Source: an uncultured Pirellulales bacterium (GTDB lineage Bacteria; Planctomycetota; Phycisphaerae; Sedimentisphaerales; Anaerobacaceae). From it: a stretch of DNA of 64,000 nucleotides. The notes under the pieces were generated by a model. That model did no database searches and had not been told where the DNA came from. It worked only from the letters and a program-made list of their open reading frames with translations. Each line of letters starts with the position of its first letter. Position 1 is the first letter of the stretch. Below are positions 1-9,175 of the stretch, piece after piece. Position numbers and translations under genes: made by a program. Location: the NCBI GenBank assembly GCA_964507995.1, contig CAZDTD010000001.1:1348-65347 (forward strand), written 5' to 3'.

Positions 1-2628
1 ATCGAGCTCGAATGGAGTTCTGTTGAGGACCCGATTGGCAGGGATCAACGGCTGCTCCAGGACGAACTATGGAAGCGGGTCAGGGAGGGCTACGAGTCGT
101 TCCTGCTGTTCCTGGGTTTCTCCGACCGGTCGGTGCCGCTGTCGCCCTCGCTGGACTACTGGAGGAAGGTGACGGGGCGGTTCGCCGAGGGGCTGGTCAG
201 GACGCCTGATCTGGAGGCTCTCCGGCACAAGGCAACCGTCGTTCTGGAAGATGCCGAAGCCGCCGAGATGCTCGACACGGCGCCCTTCATGCCGGGATTG
301 GAGTATCTGAAGCGGGACCTGCTGGACAACCTGTGGTCTCTGCTGAACGCCACGTACCAACGGCAGATCAAGTCCTACGAAGGATCGGTCGCCGACTTCA
401 TTCGTGGCCTGAGCCCGAAGGTGCACCTCGTTGGCCGGGTCTTCTTCCATCTCGTGGAGAGTAAGAATGATGAGTATCCGTTCGCCTTTCTCGCCACCTA
501 TTCCACCGGCCTGGACCAGAAGAGCGGCTGCAAGCACGTTCCGCTGAAGCATCCCTTGGCCGAATACGGCTCCGACAGCAGGAAGCTGCTCGACCTGCTT
601 GCCACCGTCCATCAGGCGGCTTCCGAGAGCCAGTTCCTCTCAGGAGCCCTGGATAGCGGCGAGATCTTCCATCCGCTGGCCCTCTCGGCCGGCGAAGCGT
701 ACACGATCCTGAAGGAGATCCCGATCTACGAGCGGGCCGGCATCCTGTGCCGCATCCCCAACTGGTGGAAGAACCGAGCGGCGGGTCTTCGCCTGAATAT
801 CCAGATTGGGGAGGCCCGGCCCAGCGCGCTGGGAATGGACGCGATTCTCGATTTCAACGCCGGATTGCTGCTGGGCGACGCGGCTATCTCCGAAGAGGAG
901 GCCCGAAGGCTGTTAGACGAATCCGAGGGCTTGGCTTTCATCAAAGGCAAATGGGTGGAGGTGGACCGGGAGAAGCTCGAACAGACCCTGCGTGCCTATG
1001 AGAAGGCGCAGGCCCTGATGGCCGAGGAGGACTTGACCCTGCGCGAGGCCATGCGTCTGCAACTGGACGCGGACAGGGCCTTGGGCTTGTCCGAAGAAGA
1101 CGTCGAGGTGGAGGTCTCGCAGGGGCAATGGCTCGAGTCTGTGGTCGCACGGCTCCGCGATCCACGACGAATGGATTCTGTCCGACTTCCCGGCCGGTTC
1201 AAGGCTACACTGAGGCCCTATCAACGCCAGGGTGTGGACTGGCTGTGTTTCCTGGATGCATTGCAGTTCGGGGCCCTGCTGGCCGACGACATGGGCTTGG
1301 GAAAAACGGTGGAACTGCTGGCCATGCTCAGCGTTCGGACAGCCGCCCAATCGAGGCAAGGGCCAAAGACAAGCCTGCTGATCCTGCCAGCCTCACTGAT
1401 CGGCAACTGGACCGGCGAGATCGAGCGGTTCCTGCCATCCCTGAGGTGCTTTGTGGCCCATCCATCCGGCGGGGCTGACAAGGATGTGCTGAAACGGGGC
1501 CCGGCACTGGATAACGTCGATTTGGTGATTACCACGTACGGCCTGTGCCAGAAATACACTTGGCTCCAGAACGTCCAGTGGGACCTTGTCGTGCTGGATG
1601 AGGCGCAGGCGATCAAGAATCCCGGCACCAAGCAGACGCGAGCGGTAAAGAAGCTGCACGCCAGGAATCGGATCGTCATGACGGGCACGCCGATCGAGAA
1701 TCGCCTGTCCGACCTGTGGTCGCTGTTCGATTTCCTCAATCCCGGACTGCTGGGCACTGTCGAGGAGTTCGGCGGCTTCAGCAGGAAGCTCAATCGGGAT
1801 TCGAGCGGCTACGCTCGGCTCAAAAAGGTCGTAGGTCCGTACATCCTGCGAAGGCTCAAAACGGATAAGACCGTGATCTCCGACCTGCCTGACAAGATCG
1901 AGATGAAGACCTACGCGGAGCTGAGTCGCAAGCAAGTCGTTCTGTATCAGGATCTGGTCGAGCAGCTTCGGCAGGTATTGGAGGAACAGCCGGACGGCAT
2001 TCGGAGAAAGGGCCTGATCCTCGCATCGCTCACGAAGTTCAAGCAACTGTGCAATCACCCGGACCAGTACCTGGGCCAAGATGGATTCGCGGAGCCCGAC
2101 AGCGGCAAGTTCCAGCGGCTCCGCCCAATCTGCGAGACGATCTTCGAGAAAAGAGAAAAGATGCTGGTCTTCACCCAGTTCAAGGAGATGACGGAACCTC
2201 TGAAGGGATTCCTCGATAGGATTTTCGGGCACGAGGGCCTGGTCTTGCATGGCGGCACACCAGTAGGCAAACGCCGGCAGATGATCGAGCGGTTCCAGAG
2301 CGATGAATACACGCCCTTCATGGTCCTGTCGCTCAAGGCGGGCGGCGTCGGACTGAATCTGACGGCCGCTAATCACGTGGTGCACTTCGACCGCTGGTGG
2401 AACCCCGCCGTGGAGGATCAGGCGACGGACCGGGCCTTTCGCATTGGGCAGCAGAAGAACGTGGTGGTCCACAAATTCGTCACCAAGGGCACGGTCGAGG
2501 AGAAGATCGATCAGATGCTGGCGGAGAAGGCCGAACTGTCGCGTCAGATCATCCCGGACTCCGGCGAGGCGTGGATTACCGAAATGGACGACAGAGAGCT
2601 GATCAGGCTGTTCACGCTATCCCTATAG
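1..2628 (+). CDS. SNF2/RAD54-family helicase, N-terminus cut by the window edge
   Basis: Frame 1 is open from nt 1, with no stop before the GTG at 133, so the gene is 5'-partial. Helicase motifs: 'LADDMGLGKT' (motif I), 'VLDEAQAIKN' (DEAQ box), 'MTGTPIENRL' (III), and 'LKAGGVGLNLTAANHVVHFDRWWNPAVEDQATDRAFRIGQ' (V-VI). Confidence 0.93.
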   Translation: MELEWSSVEDPIGRDQRLLQDELWKRVREGYESFLLFLGFSDRSVPLSPSLDYWRKVTGRFAEGLVRTPDLEALRHKATVVLEDAEAAEMLDTAPFMPGLEYLKRDLLDNLWSLLNATYQRQIKSYEGSVADFIRGLSPKVHLVGRVFFHLVESKNDEYPFAFLATYSTGLDQKSGCKHVPLKHPLAEYGSDSRKLLDLLATVHQAASESQFLSGALDSGEIFHPLALSAGEAYTILKEIPIYERAGILCRIPNWWKNRAAGLRLNIQIGEARPSALGMDAILDFNAGLLLGDAAISEEEARRLLDESEGLAFIKGKWVEVDREKLEQTLRAYEKAQALMAEEDLTLREAMRLQLDADRALGLSEEDVEVEVSQGQWLESVVARLRDPRRMDSVRLPGRFKATLRPYQRQGVDWLCFLDALQFGALLADDMGLGKTVELLAMLSVRTAAQSRQGPKTSLLILPASLIGNWTGEIERFLPSLRCFVAHPSGGADKDVLKRGPALDNVDLVITTYGLCQKYTWLQNVQWDLVVLDEAQAIKNPGTKQTRAVKKLHARNRIVMTGTPIENRLSDLWSLFDFLNPGLLGTVEEFGGFSRKLNRDSSGYARLKKVVGPYILRRLKTDKTVISDLPDKIEMKTYAELSRKQVVLYQDLVEQLRQVLEEQPDGIRRKGLILASLTKFKQLCNHPDQYLGQDGFAEPDSGKFQRLRPICETIFEKREKMLVFTQFKEMTEPLKGFLDRIFGHEGLVLHGGTPVGKRRQMIERFQSDEYTPFMVLSLKAGGVGLNLTAANHVVHFDRWWNPAVEDQATDRAFRIGQQKNVVVHKFVTKGTVEEKIDQMLAEKAELSRQIIPDSGEAWITEMDDRELIRLFTLSL

Positions 2629-2638
2629 AGGATGTCCC

Positions 2639-3547
2639 ATGGCATACTACAACTACTACGGTTACCCCCGCTATGTGTCCGTTGGTGAGAAGAGGGCCAA
2701 AGCACGGCGCAAGCTCGAACAATTGAAGAAGAAACACCCGGATATTCGCCCGGTTGTCATTGAAGGCAACACCCTGGTCCGCACGTGGTGGGGCAAGGCG
2801 TGGAACGGCAATCTCACCAAGTATGCCGATTATTCGAATCGGGTCGGACGAGGGCGCAGTTACGTGCGGCATGGGGCGGTCCTGGACCTGCAGATTAGCC
2901 CCGGTCAGGTCAATGCGCTGGTGCAAGGCAGCCGACAGAGCCCTTACATCGTGACCATGCAGATCAAGCCCATAAGCAAGGCCATCTGGACAGAGATCCG
3001 AGCCGCCTGCGAGGGTCAGCTCGCCTCCCTGCAGGAACTGCTGGAGGGCCGGTTCCCCAAGGGCTTGGCGGAGTTGTTCACGGCCAAGGGCAGCGGCCTG
3101 TTTCCCTCGCCGAAGGAGATTGAATTCAAGTGCAGTTGCCCCGACTGGGCCTACATGTGCAAGCACGTCGCCGCCGTCCTCTACGGCATAGGGACGCGGC
3201 TGGACGAGGACCCGAGCCTGTTCTTCGTCCTGCGCAAGATGAAGATGGACGACCTCATCACCCAAGCCGTCCGCGACAAGTCCGAAAGGTTGCTGAAACA
3301 GGCGAAGAAGAAGACCTCCCGCGTGATCGACGACGCCGATCTGGGGGACGTGTTCGGGATCGATCTGGAGTCCGCTGGAGTGGCAGAGAATGAGGGCTCC
3401 GGGGCCACGACCGTCGAGGCCGGCATCGCGGCGAAAGCCCGGCGCAGGGCTCCCGCCAAGAAGGCGATGAAGAAGCGGACAACGAAGAAGGCCAAAACGG
3501 TCGTCAAGAAGACAAAGCGTGGCAGCCGTGCCAAGATGAAGAAATAG
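2639..3547 (+). CDS. SWIM zinc-finger protein with Lys-rich C-terminal tail
   Basis: 'CSCPDWAYMCKHVAAVLY' fits the CxC...CxH SWIM signature. The start lies 10 nt after the SNF2 stop. The last ~60 aa are Lys/Ala/Thr-rich ('KKAMKKRTTKKAKTVVKKTKRGSRAKMKK'). Confidence 0.85.
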   Translation: MAYYNYYGYPRYVSVGEKRAKARRKLEQLKKKHPDIRPVVIEGNTLVRTWWGKAWNGNLTKYADYSNRVGRGRSYVRHGAVLDLQISPGQVNALVQGSRQSPYIVTMQIKPISKAIWTEIRAACEGQLASLQELLEGRFPKGLAELFTAKGSGLFPSPKEIEFKCSCPDWAYMCKHVAAVLYGIGTRLDEDPSLFFVLRKMKMDDLITQAVRDKSERLLKQAKKKTSRVIDDADLGDVFGIDLESAGVAENEGSGATTVEAGIAAKARRRAPAKKAMKKRTTKKAKTVVKKTKRGSRAKMKK

Positions 3548-4016
3548 GCTTCGCGTGAGTATGCAGCGTGATTCACTGAAGGTCGCAGCCCCCTCAGGGG
3601 CATCCTTGTTCCAATGGCCTTGCGCATGGACAACGGCAGGTATAACCTGCATGGGTTCTATGAGAATGCATCAGGCGGCTGGAGACACCATGAAATGGGT
3701 CTTTGGTGGCACTTGCGGGGCTGCTCGTCGATAACCACGGCGTAGCTCGGGCCGCGGAAAGGGCCCCTAATTGACAAGGGATTTGCCCTCCGAATCAGCT
3801 TCGTCGCACCACATAGGGAAACCCATCTACCAGGACAGTGTTGCCGCTCAATCTACCTTCTTGTGTGCAGGAAGTGCATGATGACCAGGTTCTTGGTGCC
3901 AACCGTAAAGCTTATAAGGGCTGCCTTCTTCTTTTAACAATGCCCCGACACCAAGGTCCCGTGTCGATGGTTGTTTTCCGTGCAACAAAACGAGGTAGAA
4001 ATAGGCAGTGCCAGAA

Positions 4017-4137
4017 TCAAACAAGATCGACTTTGACCACAGGCGAATCAGCGAGCTCTCTGACTTCACAGAGGTGGTTGAAATGTTCTTTCCAGGCAGT
4101 CGCAACCAACGGCATGCGGCAGCGTGCATTGTCTTCG
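4017..4137 (-). pseudogene. Possible C-terminal remnant of a DDE (Tc1/IS630-like?) transposase abutting the IS21 end
   Basis: The peptide outside the IS reads 'EDNARCRMPLVATAWKEHFNHLCEVRELADSPVVKVDLV*'. Its 'DNAxC..(n)W.EH' block resembles the region around the last catalytic acidic residue of Tc1/IS630 transposases. There is no start codon and no N-terminal part. The rest of ORF 4017..4274 is read-through into the IS21 inverted repeat. Confidence 0.2.
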
Positions 4138-4169
4138 TGGAAAAAAGCGTCTGAAAGGGGGCCAGGAGA
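4138..4169. repeat. IS21 terminal inverted repeat (istB-proximal end)
   Basis: 'TGGAAAAAAGCGTCTGAAAGGGGGCCAGGAGA' is the exact reverse complement of 6649..6680. Confidence 0.9.
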
Positions 4170-4274
4170 CGCGCCGAAAAGGGGGCCACCTAAGCCACAT
4201 ACCATAGCGTCCACGGTGACGCTGTCAACCAGATCCTCCAGGCTCGCCCGTGACGGCGAGCCGTCCGGCAACAC

Positions 4275-5039
4275 TCAGGCCGGCTTGTCCTTGCCCTTCT
4301 CCAGGCTGGACTTGAGCCGGTAACTGTCCCCCACGATCTCCAGGATATGCACGTGGTGCGTCAGCCGGTCCAGCAACGCCCCGGCCAATCGCTCATCGTT
4401 GGCGAACACCTGGGGCCAATCGGCAAACGGCAGGTTCGTCGTCACGATCAGGCTCGTCTGCTCATAGCACTGGCTGAAGAAGCCGAACAGGTGTTCGGCG
4501 CCCATTCGATCCAGCGGGAGGTAACCCAGCTCATCCACAATGACCAGATCGCACCGCCGGATCGTCTTTTCCAGTCTCAGGATCGTTCGTTCCTGGCGGG
4601 CCTCCACGTAGGTGTTGACCAGCCGTGCGGCGGTGAAGAACTTCACCGCATGGCCCCGCCGGCAGGCCTCCCGGCCGAACGCGATCACCAGATGCGTTTT
4701 CCCCACGCCGGGCGGGCCGGTAATCACCAGATTGGTCTTGCTGGCCAGGAATTGGCACAGGGCCAGATCCAGCACGTACTTCTTGTTCAGTTTCGGCACA
4801 TCGGCGAAGCGATAGTCCGAGAGTTCCTTGACCATCGGGAACTCGGCCTGCTTGAGCCGCCGCTCGATCGCCACGGCGGTGCGGCGCTGGATCTCCAACT
4901 CCGCCAGTTGCTGCAGGAAGTCCTCGTAAGAGGCGTTCGCCTGGCTGCACTTGCGGGCCAGGGCCTCGTATTCAACCCGCATGGTCGGCAGCTTGAGCGT
5001 CTTGAGGTAGCTGTCCAGGAGCAATCGTTCGCCGCTCAT
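4275..5039 (-). CDS. istB: IS21-family helper ATPase IstB
   Basis: Walker A 'GPPGVGKTHL' and Walker B 'LVIVDELGYLP'. A 4-nt overlap with the istA stop (5036-5039) is typical of IS21. Confidence 0.92.
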   Translation of the reverse strand: MSGERLLLDSYLKTLKLPTMRVEYEALARKCSQANASYEDFLQQLAELEIQRRTAVAIERRLKQAEFPMVKELSDYRFADVPKLNKKYVLDLALCQFLASKTNLVITGPPGVGKTHLVIAFGREACRRGHAVKFFTAARLVNTYVEARQERTILRLEKTIRRCDLVIVDELGYLPLDRMGAEHLFGFFSQCYEQTSLIVTTNLPFADWPQVFANDERLAGALLDRLTHHVHILEIVGDSYRLKSSLEKGKDKPA

Positions 5040-6568
5040 ACCAGCACCTCCTCTCGGCTCCGGAGTTGGTCGTAGATCGCCACATCCCGGATCCCGCTGT
5101 CTTGCGGGATCAGCTCCGGCCGGTCCGAGAGATCCAACCGACGCCGGGGCGTTAGCGGTTCGTTACGCAGAACGTTCAGAACCGCGTCCTCACTGAACGC
5201 ACGCCGTTGCACGCACAGGTCCACCGCCGCCTGAACCTGCTCGGATGGATACTTCGTCAACAGCAGCAGGACCTGGATGTACCGCAACGTGCCATCCTGT
5301 GGGTAGCGGTACTCCAATTCCTTCCGCATCCAGGCGAATGACTCGCCCCAGGGTTGGCCCTTGAAGGGACGGGCGTTGTCCAGGCTCCCGGGCTTACGCT
5401 CCAGGAGCTTGAGATAGTGATGCGGATCCAGGATGAACTGCCCGGTCCTGTAACAGCGTGGGTGAACCGCCACCTCCTGATGGCCGCACACGATGCGGAC
5501 GCGGTCTACGAAGATCTCGATCAGACAGGGGTGATACGCCCATTCCACCGGCACCGAGTATCGCACGTTGTCGGCACGGACCAGGGCATGACTATCCACG
5601 AAGGTACACCGGCGACAACAGGCCGCAAAGCGTTCCGATTGCAGGGCCAGCAGGCAGGGCTTCTCCTGGTCGAACAGCTCGCCCACGGTCTTGCCCCCAT
5701 GGACTTGCGGACCAGGGCGACGGAGGTCATCCTGGCAGTCGTCGAAGAGCTTGCCGGCCAACTGGGCCAGGCTGTCCACCTGCGGCACGGGCGACAGGTA
5801 CGTCCGCTCACTGCGTTTACAGGCGTTCTCCACGTCGCCCTTCTCGTTGCCTTTGGCGACGTTGCAGAACCGCGTCTCGAACAGATACCACGCCCGCAAT
5901 TCCAGAAACCGCTTCGTGAGCCGGCGGTTCTGGCCCTTGCCCACGTAGATCACCGCACACTTGAGGTTGTCGTAGGCAATCCGGCGGGGCACCCCGCCAA
6001 AGTACTCGAACGCCCGCACGTGACCATCCAGGAACGACGCGAGATCCGCCTTCTCATACGGATACACAAATGTGGCCTTCGAGTAGCACAGCCGCATGAC
6101 GAAGAACTGGCACTTCCGCTCGACGCCGTTCTCGAAGATCCACCCCTCATGCCAGTCCACCTGGGCCTCTTCCCCCGGCTCGAACTCCAGGGGCATGAAC
6201 ACCTCCTTCTGCCGGTGGGCCGCCTCTCGGACATAACGTTGCACGGTCCCGTAATGTCCTGTGAAACCATACTCGTCCCGCAGCCGTTCATAGATCCGCT
6301 GCGCCGTCTGCCGTTGCCTGGGACGCGTCTTGGCGTTCTGCTCCAGCCACGCGTCGATGATCCCCTGGACCGGATCGAGCACCGGATGTGCCCGAGGCTC
6401 GCTCAGCCGATACCCTGGCGGAAGCCGATACGCCAAGGCCTTCGCGATCGTCTTACGCGAATGCCCCAACTCATCCGCCGTCTTCCGCTGGCTGAGCCCT
6501 TCGATCAATACCTTCCGCCGAATCAACTCATAGTGTTCCACCGCCAACATCCCTTCTGACCCCGGCAT
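5036..6568 (-). CDS. istA: IS21-family transposase IstA
   Basis: N-terminal HTH ('LSQRKTADELGHSRKTIAKAL') followed by a DDE-type core ('AQVDWHEGW', 'IAYDNLK'). 510 aa. An alternative ATG lies 6 codons downstream (6550). Confidence 0.9.
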   Translation of the reverse strand: MPGSEGMLAVEHYELIRRKVLIEGLSQRKTADELGHSRKTIAKALAYRLPPGYRLSEPRAHPVLDPVQGIIDAWLEQNAKTRPRQRQTAQRIYERLRDEYGFTGHYGTVQRYVREAAHRQKEVFMPLEFEPGEEAQVDWHEGWIFENGVERKCQFFVMRLCYSKATFVYPYEKADLASFLDGHVRAFEYFGGVPRRIAYDNLKCAVIYVGKGQNRRLTKRFLELRAWYLFETRFCNVAKGNEKGDVENACKRSERTYLSPVPQVDSLAQLAGKLFDDCQDDLRRPGPQVHGGKTVGELFDQEKPCLLALQSERFAACCRRCTFVDSHALVRADNVRYSVPVEWAYHPCLIEIFVDRVRIVCGHQEVAVHPRCYRTGQFILDPHHYLKLLERKPGSLDNARPFKGQPWGESFAWMRKELEYRYPQDGTLRYIQVLLLLTKYPSEQVQAAVDLCVQRRAFSEDAVLNVLRNEPLTPRRRLDLSDRPELIPQDSGIRDVAIYDQLRSREEVLV

Positions 6569-6648
6569 CTGGAACCATCTCCAGATACCACACGTCGGTC
6601 AATTGCGGTGGTCCCTCTTCCGGCGCTTTTCCCCCTCTAAAACTCCCC

Positions 6649-6680
6649 TCTCCTGGCCCCCTTTCAGACGCTTTTTTCCA
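6649..6680. repeat. IS21 terminal inverted repeat (istA-proximal end)
   Basis: 'TCTCCTGGCCCCCTTTCAGACGCTTTTTTCCA' is the exact reverse complement of 4138..4169. Confidence 0.9.
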
Positions 6681-7089
6681 AGCCTGCTAGGAGCAAGTTG
6701 GCGGACTCTTGAAACGCAGCCAGAGGGCCGTCCGATGGGTTGGATGAGAAAGTTGACGCTTCTGGACGATGCCGTGCGGGGTTTCGGGGGTGCTGCCGCA
6801 ACGGGGTGGGTCGGCGCAACTGGCCAAAGGCAGCACTCTGTTGGGATGCATCATCCGGGCGGCGAACGCCGCCACCTGTTTGGCGTAGGCGAAGGTCTCG
6901 CCGAAGCCGTAGCCGAAGCCAAACAGGATGCTTGGAATGGATCAACCCAAGCTGGGGCGCGCAACAAAATGCGCAACAACGACCTTCGGTTTGCCTTCGG
7001 TCACGCTTCGGTCGCGCTACGGTCAGCGTCATAAGTCCTTATTTGACAAGCATAAACCATTTATTGACAAATACTTACAAAAGGCGAGT

Positions 7090-7136
7090 TCGGACTGAAA
7101 ATCCGTGTGTCGCGGGTTCAACTCCCGCCCTGCCCA
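7090..7136 (+). tRNA. Partial tRNA: 3' portion of a tRNA-Phe(GAA)-like gene. Not a functional tRNA; probable att-site remnant.
   Basis: - Anticodon arm 'TCGGA-CTGAAAA-TCCGT', anticodon GAA with U33 and A37.
- Variable loop 'GTGTC'.
- T arm 'GCGGG-TTCAACT-CCCGC'.
- Acceptor 3' strand 'CCTGCCC' plus discriminator A.
- No complementary 'GGGCAGG' 5' acceptor strand or D arm in the 150 nt upstream. Confidence 0.55.
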
Positions 7137-7224
7137 TTGCTGTAAGTTGAGGGCTGACAATCGTTTACGGTTGCCAGCCTTTTTTGTTGGTCGCGAGAAA
7201 ATGCCCTTTTGCGTCACTTTTGCG

Positions 7225-8022
7225 TCACTCATTTTTTCGCACCTCCAGGATTTCGTTCAGGACCCGGCTGGCAGAGGCCATGTCTTCCGGCCGAACGGTC
7301 AGGTAGTATTTCCTGGTAGTGGAGATATTCGAGTGCCCGGCGAGCTGCTGGACGACCTGGATCGGAAGGCGTTGCGCCCAGTTCGTGATCGCCGATCTCC
7401 GCAGGTCGTGAAGCGTGCATGGGGCAATACCTGAGCGACGGCGGATTACGTCGAAGTCCCGACCCAGGTTGTTTACCGTGTCCGACCTCGCGTTCCATCG
7501 ACCCGCGTTTTCCCGCCGTTTGATCTGTCTGAAGCGTTCAGGACTGATGAAGACATATGGGAAGCCTTCCTTAGACTCTGCCTGAATGTCAGCCAGCAAC
7601 TGTGTTGCCTCGGCTGACATAGGGACCACTCGGTTCTCATGATCCTTTGGCTCCCATTCGACCAAATGGTGCGAGGACGGTTTTGTCTGGACGTGGATTC
7701 GCTGATTCTCGAAGTCAATGTCCGCCCACGTCAGGTTCAGTACTTCACCCCTTCGCAGGCCGCTGCCATATGCCACGGACAGGAGCGCACGCCACCACGC
7801 GCCCGGCGTGGCGGCTAAAAGCACCCGGTACTCTCCAGCCGAGACGTAGCGAAGGCTCTTGCTGGCCTTCTTCCGTTGCCTGATCCTTCCGAAGGGATTC
7901 GTGCCCCGTGGGGTACAAATAACCATCTCGGCATAACGCGAGCGATTCCAAGGAGTTGACGCAGGAATCAAGGGCGAAAATGACATGGGAGAGTGGAGGC
8001 ATCGCGCGTCATCCGCCTGCAA
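7225..8022 (-). CDS. Tyrosine recombinase / phage-type integrase, probably N-terminally truncated (265 aa)
   Basis: Catalytic-domain motifs are present: 'GLRRGEVLNLTW' (Arg I), 'HDLRRSAITNW' (HxxR) and 'LAGHSNISTTRKYY' (His + catalytic Tyr). Only ~70 aa precede the catalytic domain, so most of the core-binding and arm-binding region is missing. Confidence 0.88.
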   Translation of the reverse strand: MQADDARCLHSPMSFSPLIPASTPWNRSRYAEMVICTPRGTNPFGRIRQRKKASKSLRYVSAGEYRVLLAATPGAWWRALLSVAYGSGLRRGEVLNLTWADIDFENQRIHVQTKPSSHHLVEWEPKDHENRVVPMSAEATQLLADIQAESKEGFPYVFISPERFRQIKRRENAGRWNARSDTVNNLGRDFDVIRRRSGIAPCTLHDLRRSAITNWAQRLPIQVVQQLAGHSNISTTRKYYLTVRPEDMASASRVLNEILEVRKNE

Positions 8023-8107
8023 AAGCTGCCTGGAAAGGCATTTCTGATGTACAAGTCGCCCCTTGAGCGCGCACTGTCTCCGCGAGAACGGTAAGGCCGG
8101 AGAAGTG

Positions 8108-9175
8108 TCACGCGGCCTTGCGATGGTATGACTTCAGCAGTCCGCCCAGACATTCGATACAGATGATCTCGCCCTGGTTCCCTTCGTGCTGTGGCTCGAT
8201 GATCTTGTTGATGCCCTGGTGAATCCTCTCATGATGATAGTACTTGAGATACTCGGTCAGGACGTACCGCAGTTGCTCTTCGGAGAAGAGGATCAGGTGA
8301 TCGAGACACTCCTCTTTGACGGATCGCACGAAGCGTTCCGCGTGGGCGTTCAAATTCGGACTACGCGGTGGCAGTCTAACTGGCTCCACACCGGCAGCTT
8401 TGAGAATACTCTCGAACTTGGCCGTATACAGCGGGTCGCGATCGTGGATCAGACACCTCTTGCCAGCCAGAAAGCCACCCTCACCGCTGACATTGCGAGC
8501 AATCTGCTCCATCCAGGGACCGTTGGGTTGGGCATGGAGGCCGAGGATCTCTACTTTGCGAGTAGCCACGTCCATGGCGAAGAGCACCATGCAACGGACG
8601 AGCTTGCCTCTGACCAGCAGTTCGACTGAGAAGAAATCACACGCCGCCAGAACGTTCCAGTGGCTCTTGATGAACTCCTTCCAGGTGGTCTTGCGGGTCA
8701 GGTCCGGTTCCGGATCATAGCCGTTCTCGACGAGGATGTTCTTAACCGTAGTCTCACCAATCTTGTATCCGACGTAGACGATGTAATCCCGAATTCGGGT
8801 GTAGCCCCAGTGCGGATTCTCCTTCTTGAATCGGATCACGAGATCGATGATCTCCTGTGAGATTCTCGGCCGGCCTGGGTTCTGGCAGTTCTCGCTACCG
8901 TCATACTTCCGGGCGATGAGCTTGCGATACCAACCGAGCACTGTCTCCGGCGTGAACAAGATCGTAGTGGCCTCCAGGAGTCCCCGCGTCAGGCGTTTGG
9001 CCTTCACAGCCAACCTGGTCCTCTGGTGGTTGTCCAGCAGGATGCGTTTGTCCTTCTCCTGTTGTTCTCTCAGGACCCTCACCTGCTCCTTGAGATAGTC
9101 GATCGCTCTCCAGAGTTCCTGGTCAAGGCAGTACGCCAAGCAGGTCAGCATCGTGAGCCATAGATGTCGTTTCAT
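8108..9175 (-). CDS. DDE transposase with integrase-core (rve) domain. IS ends not determined.
   Basis: rve-type blocks: 'ACDFFSVEL' (D), '[13 protein letters not shown]' (D), and '[22 protein letters not shown]' (E). I could not find terminal inverted repeats by eye. Confidence 0.85.
   Translation of the reverse strand: MKRHLWLTMLTCLAYCLDQELWRAIDYLKEQVRVLREQQEKDKRILLDNHQRTRLAVKAKRLTRGLLEATTILFTPETVLGWYRKLIARKYDGSENCQNPGRPRISQEIIDLVIRFKKENPHWGYTRIRDYIVYVGYKIGETTVKNILVENGYDPEPDLTRKTTWKEFIKSHWNVLAACDFFSVELLVRGKLVRCMVLFAMDVATRKVEILGLHAQPNGPWMEQIARNVSGEGGFLAGKRCLIHDRDPLYTAKFESILKAAGVEPVRLPPRSPNLNAHAERFVRSVKEECLDHLILFSEEQLRYVLTEYLKYYHHERIHQGINKIIEPQHEGNQGEIICIECLGGLLKSYHRKAA

Larger units (their letters stand above)
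4138..6680 (-). mobile_element. IS21-family insertion sequence (istA-istB), apparently intact, 2543 bp
   Basis: 32-bp perfect terminal inverted repeats with TG...CA tips flank overlapping istA/istB genes. Degenerate subterminal copies are also present ('gcgccgaaaagggggccacc' on the left, reverse complement 'gcgccggaagagggaccacc' on the right), as in IS21 multi-repeat ends. Confidence 0.9.

Noticed and set aside
1393-2472. 359-aa minus-strand ORF inside the SNF2 gene. Similar cases are 12467..13522 in the Clp gene, 5354..6559 in istA, 29336..30892 in the Ig-repeat gene, 33136..34455 in Hsp70 and 19792..20967 in the TPR gene.
   Set aside because: In each case the opposite strand carries unmistakable family motifs. 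These are antisense artefacts of high GC content.
3548-4137. ORFs 3838..4323 (+) and 3848..4189 (-) in the gap after the SWIM gene. The same applies to 6603..7034, 6664..7032 and 6740..7150 on the other side of IS21.
   Set aside because: They run across the IS21 inverted repeats or through AT-richer DNA, and have no RBS and no motifs. I kept only the short transposase-like C-terminal remnant (4017..4137), at low confidence. A fragment 'ILFGFGYGFGETFAYAKQVAAFAARMM' (minus strand, ~6800..6900) has good GC3 but no start, so it is left unannotated.
7020-7140. Complete tRNA gene.
   Set aside because: Only the anticodon arm, variable loop, T arm and 3' acceptor strand can be folded. The 5' acceptor strand (GGGCAGG) and the D arm are absent upstream, and no CCA is encoded.
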